The translations under genes and the position numbers were made by a program. From Intoshia linei (lineage: Eukaryota > Animalia > Orthonectida), in contig LWCA01000132.1 of NCBI GenBank assembly GCA_001642005.1, positions 1-49,608 of the forward strand: 49,608 nucleotides of DNA. The letters run 5' to 3'. Positions within the stretch are counted from its first letter, which is position 1. Every line of letters starts with the position of its first letter. The notes under the pieces are model-generated. The model saw only the letters and a program-made list of their open reading frames with translations. It did no database searches and was not told the DNA's origin. This document shows, in pieces, positions 29,701-42,416 of the stretch.

Positions 29701-32700
29701 TGTTTACCACGAGTGATGTAATAAAATTGCATCATATATTATTATATTTATACAAATTGGTAAATAATTTTTAAATTTAGAGATTTTAAAGTTATAGGTC
29801 AGTTTGGAAATGATCGAGACTATGTATATGAAAATATACCCAAATCAATATTTCCAACTGAGGCATTTCAGTTTAGCAATTATTCAAAAAAATCGTAATT
29901 ATTTTATTATTCATGTTTAAAAATTGCGTTCCATTAGATACAGAAAATTTAATAATTTTGAAAAAATTAAAAGATGTTGCATTTCAGAAGAAAATTCCCA
30001 TTTTTTGTCATCTGAATATGGCAATTACTTTGACTTAATCTTTTCAAATTTGTGGTAACTTGCTATATACATTAAAATGTTAACCAGAGTTTTTAGTTTA
30101 CATTGGATTAATGACTTACCCTACGTTTTATCAAATGTAAATATAAAATTATAGTAGTTATAATGGTCTACAATTAATATACTACAATGTACTATAAATA
30201 TCTATTAAAATAACCAGTTATTATTAACTTCTTTTGATATTATTTATTGACAATTTAATAAATTAATTTTGAAGGGGTTATTTAAATAAAAAATTGATAA
30301 ATTATTGGCTATTAGGGTAAATATTTATAAAGGTTAGGAACAATTCGTATCAATCACTGATAAAAATTAAATAAAATAGGATGTATATCATTGTTTATAA
30401 ATTATTTTATGAGTGCTATCCTGCAGAACTAATGTTATAAAATAATATACCGAACATCACAAATGTAAACTGAGCTCGTTTTTCTTTAAAAATCAATTCA
30501 AAATGAAGAATATATGACGATGGAGCCATACTTAGTTCCTCTTATACCATTAATCGATTACTATATTTTTTATTTTAAATTTCTAGAGTTGTAAACCTCT
30601 TATTCACATAAATAAGATGTGGAGAAGGGTAATAACAGCAGCATCGCTTTTTTGATAAAAACTTGTAGTCATATAATTTTCATTAATTTTGTTAGTTTAT
30701 AAGATTTACACAATTAAATAAATTTTGTAAGTTTGAATCGCAGGACAAATATAATAGTAATTCCTTTTCAGAATTGGTTAAATCACTGTCTTATATTGAT
30801 TCAGCTATGAAAGGATTTCTTATCCATTCGGATCATGAAATATTCCTATTAATAAAATAGAAATTATATTGGTTTTTCAAAAGTAATAAATGATTCAATA
30901 TAATTTTTTTATTATGTTTAATTTTTAAAGAGTATTGAAAATTAATCGAACTTTGGAACGATTTATGATTATTACATTGAACCATCACATATCCACATAT
31001 CAATCTTTTTAATGAATAAATTAGTATTTTGACCTTGAATTGATGTGTTCAATGTATTCATTTTTTCAAATATATATATTAACCATATATATCAACTACA
31101 TATATACATTTATATTTATACATGTAGACAAAAATATGAAATTATGATCTTGAAATTTTTCATACTCATCCATTTTATTATCTTTACAAAATATAGATAT
31201 CCATGACTCATATCAAACACTCTTTCTAATGATTTACCACGAGAGAACCATCTTAATTCACAATAATATAATAATTTATGGTAATCAATGTCATTATCAT
31301 TACATACTTTTTAAAGAATCGGGCTTTGAGGGAGCTATTTTATAAAATTAATTACTTTTGTTATAACTTTTAATGTCAATGAATTCATCGCTCATATGTT
31401 TAGATGTGATATGCCAATGCTTGTCTATGTAGCATACAATGTGTTCATTTAGAAACTGACGAAACCTTTTTGATAAAAGCTCGTAGTCCAGATTTATGAC
31501 TTCGCATGACCTGATCGCCGTCTATAAAAATACCAATGCATTTTTCCATGACTAAATCGTTATTTTTAAAGAATGAGTTTATAATATTAAATAATTCAAA
31601 TCTTATTTTGCTCTCCGGTATAGGTTTAGAAAATAGTATGTCCTCATTAATAACATCATTATTTATGAAGCTCACATACGAAATGAAATGTGAACCTCTA
31701 GACGTGTATGTCGCTCTGTCCAATTGTAATGAAAACATACTATTTTAAGAATGTTAATTAAGTGGTCTCGTACTTCAGCTGAGATATCCAACTTTTTTCG
31801 TTTGACGTAGTTTGTCACTACACATATATTATTAATGAAGGATTTCCTAGCATTGTTTTTTCACAAAATCTTTTATAACCGGCATTAGTAATATTTCTCC
31901 AATAGAATATTACTTTTTCGTTCGAGCTATGTGATATAACATTAATATAATCATTATTAGCATATAAATATATTTATGAGCTAGTTACTCTTCTATTACA
32001 ATTATTTTATAAAAAAAACATTTTTTTAAATATTTTTGGTAAAATATATTCAAACTATCTCGCGCCACCACTTTGGCGAACACTGATGTATACAGTGTGG
32101 CAGTATAGTTATTAATTACGCTAAAAGTCCCACAAATTTTTATCCTTAAATTATTCTAATTTATACGCATCAAAATAAGCTGTTGTATATAATAGAAATT
32201 TATAAAATTGTTTAAATTAGATTTATTCGTCCCTTAAAAAGGGAGGGTGCTTCATGGGTTGTTTATATGGTGAAAAAACATTGCACGAATTACGATCGAG
32301 TCTTCAGTTGGCAGAAATCAATCTACATGGAGTATATATGAGTATGTAACCTTTAGTATTAATTTTAAATTAAGGGTATGTTAAATCATATTTCCCCTTT
32401 TACCACAGCTGCGGATTTTGGCTCTTTGCTTCAAAACAGTGGATACTCTCTTATTACATTGGTTTTTTAATTAGTATTTTTTATATTTTTTAGGATATTG
32501 AAAAGTTTGTTATAAATTATACTACCATTTTTCAACTTATTCGTGACTTAAAAGGTTAAATGTTTATTTGTTATTATACACGATAGCAGTGGTCACCAAT
32601 TTTTCAGCGCCACTTTGCAGGAGTAAAGCTGTAGAAATATCTCAGCACTATTTAAAAAATTCTAAAAAAATTTTTTTACAGTTTTAAAGATGCAGAAATT

Positions 32701-33770
32701 AATAAGGCTATTGAAGAGAAACCAAGTTTTTATGGGAGGTGAACTTGTTACAGTTCATATCACTCAATGTTTTTAATATTAGTCGTTATTTTCAATAATA
32801 ATTGTTTTACGATTTTCGAGTCACCCTATTTGGTGAACACTGCATTATAATACAATTATCGCTCTCAAAACTGACCGATTTTATGAGGTGTTTAGTTAAT
32901 GACATTATTGAATGATTATATATTATTACTCATTATTTATGAGAAATGAACATGAAATTTATCATGGTCTAATACCAATAATGATACATAATTAATAAAA
33001 AAATTAGTATCTTTTACCGATAGACCGATACTGTATAGATAGATAGATATACAGTATAATTTAGAGTAATACATCTCGATATTTATTACAAACCAATTAT
33101 TATTAATAATATTATTATTGTTCAACCCAAATAAATTTTTCAACTAAAAATTTTTTATTTAGAGCAGAATACTCAACAGTTTTAATTTCGAGTACCCTCA
33201 AATTATTTTTTAAATGTTGTATGTGTCCCTTCGTCGATTCATCTACATTATTCCGGGTTTGAGATAATACTATAAATTGACCGTCAATTTTAATTTCATT
33301 TTTACATCAAACTTTAAAAATTACATATTTATTAAGTGGTTCTATCTTTCAGATGTTGAGAAATTATATAAATGAATACCAATTTATAAAAAGCACAATT
33401 ATTGGTCACTTTTAAAAGCGCAAGGTGTAATTAAGTTTTTTGTAAATACATAAGTTCATAGGAATGGGAGAAAGTTCGTGTTGCTATGATAGACCTAGTG
33501 TTATTAACAAAAATGTGTTATTTAGTGCCGCCGCTATTATATTAGGTAATTTTTTCGTTATCTTATTTATTTTCAATAGAGTTATATAAAAATGATAAAC
33601 ACATTGTCGAGTCTACTTTTGATGTTTTGTACTTTATAGCATGGAAAGATGATGAGGTAATTTATTTGGGATATTTTCATTTCTAATTATAGGTTAAACC
33701 GAAAAAACGTGGATCTGCAACATCTTCCTTCAAAGATTTATCAAAAATTCTTGATAATAATAAACTTTAA
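26723..33770 (+). CDS. NDUFAF5: NDUFAF5 (complex I assembly factor / NDUFS7 arginine hydroxylase), ~10 exons with TE-expanded introns
   Basis: Exons at ~26723-26934, 29781-30137 (3), 32221-32554 (3) and 33462-33770 (3) give NIFDSTCKKHQR..YDYIR..SERICDINR, FDLIFSNLCLHWINDLP, GEKTLHELRSSLQLAE, HISPFT, DLKGMGES and PKKRGSATSSF. Confidence 0.93.
27212..28466 (-). mobile_element. Internally deleted hAT element (DUF659/CGGBP-like transposase remnant) nested in another hAT MITE (27179-29515), inside NDUFAF5 intron 1
   Basis: Perfect 8-bp TSD GTTATGAT (27204-27211, 28467-28474); ends TAGGTCAAG/CTTGCCTTA. Translation PPMPVATR*GTWLAASNYY..FEGDGLIV and SFYMLKKLIAKDRNF (hAT dimerisation region); subterminal ACTTTTTGGAC repeats. 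Confidence 0.88.
28352..29450. repeat. Duplicated blocks around single-N scaffold joins (28652, 29149); probable assembly artefact
   Basis: 29150-29450 repeats ~28352-28651. 28670-28870 is a slightly diverged copy of the hAT end with a different flank. Confidence 0.75.
30650..32085 (-). mobile_element. Decayed Buster/SCAND3-type hAT element in NDUFAF5 intron 4
   Basis: FSLQLDRAT..EDILFSKP..KCIGIFIDG, HCMLHRQALA, INFIKNSSLK and LRWFSRGKSLERVF; terminal CAGTGTTCGCCAAAGTGG on the minus strand at 32085. Confidence 0.88.
32587..32843. mobile_element. hAT MITE in NDUFAF5 intron 7
   Basis: CAGTGGTCACCAA / TTGGTGAACACTG imperfect TIR; TSD weak. Confidence 0.7.
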
Positions 33771-34090
33771 TTACCTGATAAACGTATTAATTAGTATGCC
33801 CAGAAATGGCTGATTTTCTGATAATAACAAACAGTAATGCATTCCAAATAAAAATCAGATGTTAATTATTAAAAATTACATCTTTACATTTAAATTAATT
33901 TCACGAGATTTTAAGATTTTAATTGATATGATTTAACATCTGTCAAAAAAAATAATTGGCGTTTTTGTGATTAAATTATCGTTTACTGTTTCTTATTGAA
34001 TTGATTCCCGATAAATTTGACCACTATACTGGGACCGGTACAGGATAAAAATTGTCTAATTTATAGACTGGAACTTATTATGATATACTA

Positions 34091-34920
34091 CACTCCGTCC
34101 ACTAATTTTAAAGACAACATGATATTGTGTAAAATATTTAATTTGGATGGACCAGTTTATTACATTTATTATAGGCATGATTTGCGTGATAAAATTCCTG
34201 AAAGAGTGAATGGACGGTTCGGTGTAGGAGGTATTATGATTTGGGATGCTTTCTCCAGCGGAGATATTAAGTGTATTGTCAAAGTTGACGGTAATATAAA
34301 TTCAATCAAATACCAAAGTATTTTAGAGAAAAACCTCATCCATATTCTTTTTACTAGCGACGAATTGAAGAAACATTTAGTGTTTCAACAAGATAATGCC
34401 GGTTGTCACACGATGGCTTAACAAAAACTTTTTTAAATAATCATTTTACTGAAATTATGGAGTGGCCTGCTCTCTCTCCAGATATCAACCCCATTTAAAA
34501 TGTATGGGGTATCTTGGCTAGACAACTCTATGGTGGAAATAAACAGTATAGTAATCTCAGTGAACTACGAATAGCGATAATGAGTACATGGCGGACCATC
34601 ACTGATGCAACGTTTATTAAACTGGCAAACTCAGTTCAAATTGAAATATTGAAGATAGAATAGATATATAATAAGAATAGAATAAGAAGATATATTAATT
34701 CTACGAGGGTAGCGAATTGAATAGTCATTGCTATTGAAAACAATCATTATGTAATTTATGTAATAATAATAAAAATGTTGTTATAATTGTGGACACGTTA
34801 TTTATTGTGATTTTAACTATATTAATAACTTTTTATTTTGATTTTTTCAAAAATATTTATTTATTAATAAGAAAGCTATGTCATAATATCATGTTGTCTT
34901 TAAAATTAGTGGACGGAGTG
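34091..34920 (+). mobile_element. Tc1/Tc3-like (DD34E) deletion derivative
   Basis: Perfect 36-bp TIR CACTCCGTCCACTAATTTTAAAGACAACATGATATT and TA TSD. FNLDGP..HDLR, GGIMIWDAFS, FQQDNAGCH and WPALSPDINPI*NVW are present; the DNA-binding domain is missing. Confidence 0.95.
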
Positions 34921-36350
34921 TATTACGTAAAAATATTTGATCAACTTCTGAATAACTGAAATTATCTAAATTAGATGTGATTAAGCCTCGTTTGGAATTA
35001 TTAAACATTCAACATATTGATCCTCTTCCACAATTTCTTAATGTTTATTTTGATTAAGAGACAATTAACATCTTTATTATCATTTAACAAAGATTGCAAA
35101 GTATGTCGTGTTGTTTACATCCCTGATTAATACTCTGTGAGTATGACCAATGGTCATTGACCATTCTTCAGATTTCCTATATTGTGATTAACAGTATTGT
35201 GAGTTTTTTTGTATTTGGAATTTTTTTGCATCTAATTAGTTGTTACTGACATATCAGTATTAATTGATTAAATTGTAATTAAACTTGTTTTTTTCGATTT
35301 ATTTATTTCAATAGATGATATATCCCAATCTTGAATCGAATTACAAATTGAAATTATTTATATTTGGAATATAAACATTAATCTGCCATTAATACTAATT
35401 TATTTTTTGCTCCATTTCCTTCGTTGATCCTTTTGTACGGTTGACACTAATCATCATGCGAATCTTTTTCAAAGATACCAAAAGTTATAAAAGCAACTTT
35501 AAATTTTTGAATAAAATGAGTAATGTTAAATAATTCAGTTAATTATATAGTTATAGGTGAAACAGAAGATATTCCGTTAAATTCTACACCAACAGTAATC
35601 GGTAATATTGTATATCTACTTTTATATTTAATTATAACAATAGTGAATATTATAAGATTAGTTTCATGGATAAGGTCAAATCGTTACTTTTATACATAAA
35701 AAGAATGTTATGACCCGACTAAGTTGAACCATAATAAAGATAATTCTAATTTGTAATAGAATATGATACACATCTTATATAAGTACCGGGTACTTATATG
35801 TACTATATACTATGTATATATATTATATATACTGAGAATGGGTACCCATTCCTGTTATATTTAGGATCGCATCAATAATATGGTCATGGGTTCATACATT
35901 AATACAATCGTTTATATGTCATTTTATTATTATTTTGTATTATTGTTTCACTTCGTTTCATATATTGACAGGTTAAATAGTTAGTTAGTTCACTGCCGTG
36001 GTACTTAAATGTCAATCCACATAAACAATGGACAACAGATTAATACATTTTACAGTTGCATACACGTATAAGTCATTTTTTAATGATAATTATGATTTAT
36101 TTTAATCTAAATTTTACAGTATAATATTTGTATATTACGAAATATGAGATTATGTTGCATTAACTTTACTTCTTAATGATTTTGTTTACGGTGATACACG
36201 ACACATCTTATGAGAAAGTATATTTTCTTGAAGACAAAAGCGTAGGAACCATTGGTTAAATCCTACGCGTTTAGTCTGATTAACTGGTATAAAAAATATT
36301 AATAATGGCTGCTATAATCATTGGGCACACTCCTGATTGTTAGTATAGAA

Positions 36351-36791
36351 AAAAGGTGGCCAACCTTTTTTTGATCTCATCGACTTTAAAATTTTTCTAT
36401 GAGTAGCGATCGACTAATACATTGACTAAAAAATGTTTCTGATGGGAACCTATTTCAAAAAAATCGCCTTACGGAATCCTATAAAAATATATAACTTAAT
36501 ATTTTCAGTGTGATCATTAAAAAGATAAAAATTAAAATTCGGAATAATTCTATGCACCTTCGCTGTATATTTGAAAATAATCGTCCAAACCTAGTTTAAG
36601 AAATATAGACTAATGTTTTTATTAGATAAAGATTTAAACAAGTTACATGGAATTTATTCACATGTGTAAAAATTTTAACAATATTAAAATATAGATTATT
36701 TTAATAACGAATATTAATACAATAAAAAATCATTTTTAATTTTGGCGGTCGACTAGAAAATGATCTGCAATCGACAAATTGGGCATCCCTG
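36351..36791. mobile_element. hAT (Charlie-like) MITE upstream of the MATE gene
   Basis: GGTGGCCAACC / TTGGGCATCCCTG ends, subterminal ATCGAC repeats, TSD GTATAGAA/GTATAGAG. Confidence 0.75.
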
Positions 36792-37052
36792 GTATAGAGC
36801 GTTATAATAATTATACTATACATACTTTTTTGACGATTCCATATGCATTGTACAATTATGATATAGATGATACTTGTATTTGTAATAAATAAATAATATA
36901 TTATGTATAATATACATTTGTATAGTATTTATGAAATATAAATTTTTTTAATTTTACATAACCCTGATTTATCAGACTACTCATCTACACAAGCTATATA
37001 TGACACAAATAAGGAAAGCGAATATTCATTACAAAGTACCGATAAAGGATTT

Positions 37053-40000
37053 ATGAAAAACATATTTCCAACAGGGTTTTTAAAAGAATTGAAATTCTTG
37101 CTTAAATTGGCATGTCCTATAGTAATATCAATGTCATTATTTTATTTTTGTTGGTTTTAAGTCAATTTTTCCAAATATTGATGTCCCCAGTAGCAATGAT
37201 ATTTTGTGGGCATTTAAATGATAAATACGCGTTAGCTGGTGTAGCTTTGGCTATTTCTGTAATTAATGTCTCATCGATTTGTTTTGCAATGGGCCTCGGA
37301 ACGGCGGTCGATACATATATGGCGCAAGTAAGACCTTTAAAATATTAAAATGCATCTACTTATAGGCATATGGAAGTGCGAAAAAATACAAAATGGGAAT
37401 TATTCTTCAGCGAGGTTGTTTTTAAAATGTTAATATATTCCTATTTAGTAATGATTATTTTCATGATATTTTGTTCATTGTGTGTGGCAACCCATCTCCA
37501 TGTTGAAAGAATCCTTATATTACTCTATCAAGAAGCTGGAATATCCAAGTAATTGATTTTAATGTGATCAAGTTTCCACCGTGTGATATGTGGTTTAAAT
37601 GTCTTACTGGAAAATGAAGATAAAATATAATTTTTATAAATTTCGATGTTATAAATAGTTATTACTTACTAATTCGATTATTCTACCAATAATCATAAGT
37701 ATAATTGATTGAATGGGCGGATTTAAATTACTTGTGAACTATCACAAGAGCAATATTATTCATTTTTATTGTTAGCACTTTTGTAAATAATAATAATTTT
37801 TTTCTGTCATTCACCCTTACTCAATTATAAGTTGAAACCGGATCCCATTGATATATAGTCATAAGTAATGCTTCATTATTTCCAAAATAAATTTTTATGG
37901 CCCATTTAACAATTTTTGGAATAAAAGAGCCCATGTGTCGGAAATATTGGAGACCTTATCAAAACCAGTCACCCTAAAAGGCTATATCGAATCAGAAAAT
38001 ATCACAGTATTCAGTACAAAAAAGTAATTTTGAGAAACTTTAAACGATATATAATTGGATTATAAGTATAACAGATAAACAGACATTGATAATTATCAAT
38101 AATAAATATTATAACAATCTTCATTCGATCAACTTTTTACGATTTATTCATATACAATTTATTTATATATTAGAATTGCAGGAGACTACGTCATTTTATT
38201 TATTCCTGGAGAAATAGTAATAATACTTTGATATGTTAATATTTTTAGTGTTTCTTTTTGTATACCTGCATTTCAAAATACTTACACAATCAGGTATATA
38301 TGTGTTATGTGTTATGTGATATATTATTTTTAAGAATATCGTTGTCCCCTGTACAATATCGTGCATAATAGCCAATATCATCAATATATTTTTGCATTGG
38401 CTTCTTGTATTTTATTATAATCTAAAAGTGATGTAAGATTATAATATTGTATTATTACCTAAAATTTTATATGTAGTGGATCAGCCATAGCACTTTCTGT
38501 TAGTTATTGTTGGATGCTGGCGATTTTATTATTTTATGTGGGTGTTTCTCGTGTTTTTGTTGATTCTTGGACAGGTAATTGTAACATTTTAATCTTAAGA
38601 TATACAACCATAGGGTTTTCATACCAAGCTCTGTACGGTTGGTGGAGTTTTATTAAATTGGCAATACCGGGAGCTCTTATGATATGTTTGGAATGGTGGG
38701 GGTTTGAAATTGGAGTGATAGCTGCTGGTTTACTAGGTCCTATACAACTTGGTTCACAATCTCTCGTATTACAATTAGATTCACTTTGGTTTCAAGTATT
38801 ATAAATTATATATCAAATTAATATATAATTAGATACCTATGGGATTCCAAATAGCAACTTCTGTCAGAACTGGCCAGTATATGGGTGGAGGAAACAAGTT
38901 AAATGCCATAACATTGTGCCGAGTAGCTATTATTTCAATATGTTTGCACATATTTATACTTATTAATTCATATTATTAGCTGTTTTATCTATCTTCGTAA
39001 TTGTTTTTTTTACAACATGTCGGAAGTTGCTTCCATCTTTACTAACAAATGTTTGGTAATTTGTGTATTTGATTTTCTATATTTTTAGGGAAGTAGTTGA
39101 TTTGTCGGCCAAACTTTTACCAATTATTGGAATATATATGTTCTTTGATGGCATAGCGGTATGTACCAAATTAGTGTAGTGTAACAATCAAAACAGTACT
39201 GTTATAAATTATATTTATGGGATATCATTGCACAATAAATGTTCTACTATTTACCTTTGTATACATATAAAAGCGTAAATGAGAAATGAATGATAAATAT
39301 ATTATATTTACATATATAGAGGGCATAAATCCATATTTTAAATATTCAATGTTGTATTGTTAACACTTTTTTTTGAGCTAATATAATATTCATTTACAAA
39401 CTTAGAATTTTTAAGTTTAAAATTTCAGTACAAAGTACAAACTTAAGTTTAAAATGAATCAATTTTTTTGTAATATACATAAATATATAGCGTAATTAAA
39501 CATTACATAAATGATATAAATATAAATTAATAAATTTAATAATTCTTAAATATATCTCCCATTTTTTCAATTGTCCACCATTGGTGGCGATATTGCCCAC
39601 TTTGGGAACCACTGCATTAAAGTATCCAAATAGCATACATTAGTGCAAAAATGACATTATGTTTTAAATTTGACATGTCATTATGAAATAACTAATATTC
39701 GTTACAAGGTTAAACAGTGAACTTGGCAGACCTAGGAGTGCAGAAAAACTAATTATGTATAAGTGTCTAACTCGTATTATATTTTTGTTTGTATTATCTC
39801 AAAATTTAAACTGACTTCATGTTAGTGTGGTCTCCAGTCAAATAGATATTTACACGACACTCTACTCAATATAAAATAATTATTTAATAGACCGTGTGCA
39901 AAGGTATTCTTCATGGAACTGGAAGACAAAGAATCGGTGCTATAATAATGTTTGTATTTTATTACATTTTTGCGCTGCCTATAGGACTAAGCATAATGTT

Positions 40001-40450
40001 TACAACCAGTCTTGAAACGGCAGGTTTGTATTATTTTAATTTAAAACAAAATTAGCTTATTGGTACGCTCTATGTGGGAATCTAATAATACAATCAATCA
40101 TACTTTTGATTATTTTTCATTTTACCAATTGGGATAAAATGGTATCTGAGGTATATCCATTTTATTTACGATGTTTTTTCTTAATATATTTGAAAACTAC
40201 ATTGCATTGTTAATTATCTATTTAGTCAAAAGATAGGATCCATCGTTTATCTTTTATGTCAAATAGTATATTTACTGAAGGAACTTCATCCGATCATGAT
40301 ATGGTTTTTGATGCTTTGGATAATGCATGTGAATTAAAATCTAATACTGCTAAATCACATTGGTGGAGAGTATTGATTGCTTTAGTTTTGTGTATACCCT
40401 TGATAATATCTATTTTATTGAAAATTTTAATATCAAATAATAAAATGTAA
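37053..40450 (+). CDS. SLC47A1: MATE/SLC47-family multidrug and toxin extrusion transporter, ~15 exons (start uncertain; frame is open from ~36942)
   Basis: ELKFLLKLACP, FCGHL, LAISVINV..GLGTAVDTYMAQAYG, GIILQR, FIKLAIPGALMICLEWWGFEIG, GILHGTGRQRIGA, plus a C-terminal hydrophobic helix (TM13-like). Confidence 0.93.
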
Positions 40451-42416
40451 TTAATAAAACTTTTCATTTGCAGGTGTTACTCGTCAGTGATTCTCAAATT
40501 GGTTCATATGAACCATTAGTAATCTACAGAAAAATTTTGATGATCCTCACAGAGCTTCATTATATTATTTAAAATATATCCATTAAAACGTTTTATTATC
40601 ACTATTAAACTGTCATATCAGGGGATCTGACATTTTTTAAAAACGGACCGGAATTTCAGAAATGCTAGGTTATATTATGAAACTAGATTATATTTATTAT
40701 ATTGAATCGAAATTACTAGCAATCTTGAAATAAATTTGATAAAAAACGTAATAAATTTAATTATAATACATTGCATGCACGTTTATCCTAAAAAATCCTA
40801 AAAATAAAAATAATGCATTTTTCACGAACAAGTAACGGCATTTGGAAATTCTGTGTTACATGATGAGTCATCATTGATGACACAATATTATACTTTGTGA
40901 GGTACATTTAATAAATGTTAGTGCTTCGTACTGAGGTAGTTTTTCAAGTACTAGAATTCACTTGAGTAGGATTTTCCAGATTAATTGTCGGAGAAGGCTG
41001 TAATTTCATGGGAAGCTGTTATGGCGTTTTTAAAGATTAAGGTATAAAGTAAAAATACTCATATAAAAATTAATACTTGAAACCATAATTATTTTACAAA
41101 GTTTAAAAAATATAGACATAAAGTCAAGAATTTTCTATCTTAGAGATATTTTTAGTGTAATTAATAAAATTTGAAAGGAAAAAATGTGTTGAAGATCTCC
41201 AAATTTAAAAGCAATTAAATAAATTGGTTTTTTGAAAAAATATCTCAAATTTTAATAACTTCATTTTCATTTTAAAAGGTGTTCTCCTCATCCAACTGTG
41301 CATGAATTCGAAATTCAAATGCATCATTCTCATTTATTTTGAGAACGAATACGATCCTGCCCTGACCGAAAGGGAAAATTTTATTAGGAAAAAAGCACTT
41401 GATAATAATGACCATGGTCCAAATTCCAAATTACATGTATTTATGAATCAAAGTTATCATTTATAAATTATCACTCTTCTTTTCAACAAATTTTGAATTA
41501 TCAATGATAATTTATCATTGATTCATCTGAATTCATAATCAATTTCTTTATTAGTCACTTTGAAATTTAAATGGATATTCAATACGATATTTACAGGCAG
41601 AATTTGAGTCAAAATGTTACAAATATAGATTATAAAGACAACTCAATGCTACACTGTCTTAGTGCACTCAAGAGTCTGCCGTGCAGACTAAAATAAATGA
41701 GTAGCCTAAAGTTAAATAGTTAAATTTTGAAATATGTACACAACAATGCCAAATTATTCGTTAACACTGAATAATGATCATTGTAGTATTCATGATTAAT
41801 TTATCTACTGTCTACTTGCACTGAGTTAGCACGCCTGATTTCCAAGTAACTATATTTGTATTGTATTGAGATAGTCAAAAATGGCACGCATTATATTTTT
41901 ATTGTTATATCGATTGAGTTTCTATAGTGTTACTGTTTCTGATACACGTAATTTTAGCAGAAGAATCAGATTTCAGTATAAATTAACGTCATACTCACAT
42001 TTTCAGTCTCGTATTTGTGCTACATAACATTGTATTAGTAGTAGTTTAAACATCGTTGCCTGAAAAGTTGAATAAAACATTAAACATTACAAGCCTATTT
42101 TATTCGGCCAAAAAGACTCAATCCAGAAACAACATACTTGGATATAGTTCTTAACAATTGTTTTTAACGTTTGGCTTAATTTCTAACAGTAGAAAATCAA
42201 CATCCACATATTTCATATCCTTACATAAAAAGTAAGCAAGCCTTGTATTTGCAATTGTGTGATTCGTTGAATATAAATAAGCCTTAGTATGGGGAGGTCT
42301 GATTTAGCTTTTAGATATAGGGATATTTCAATGTTTTACAATATCAATTTTAAATATATGTTTGTGCGATAATTAATATGAACCACGTTTTAATTTTTTA
42401 ATAATGAATTTAGTAA

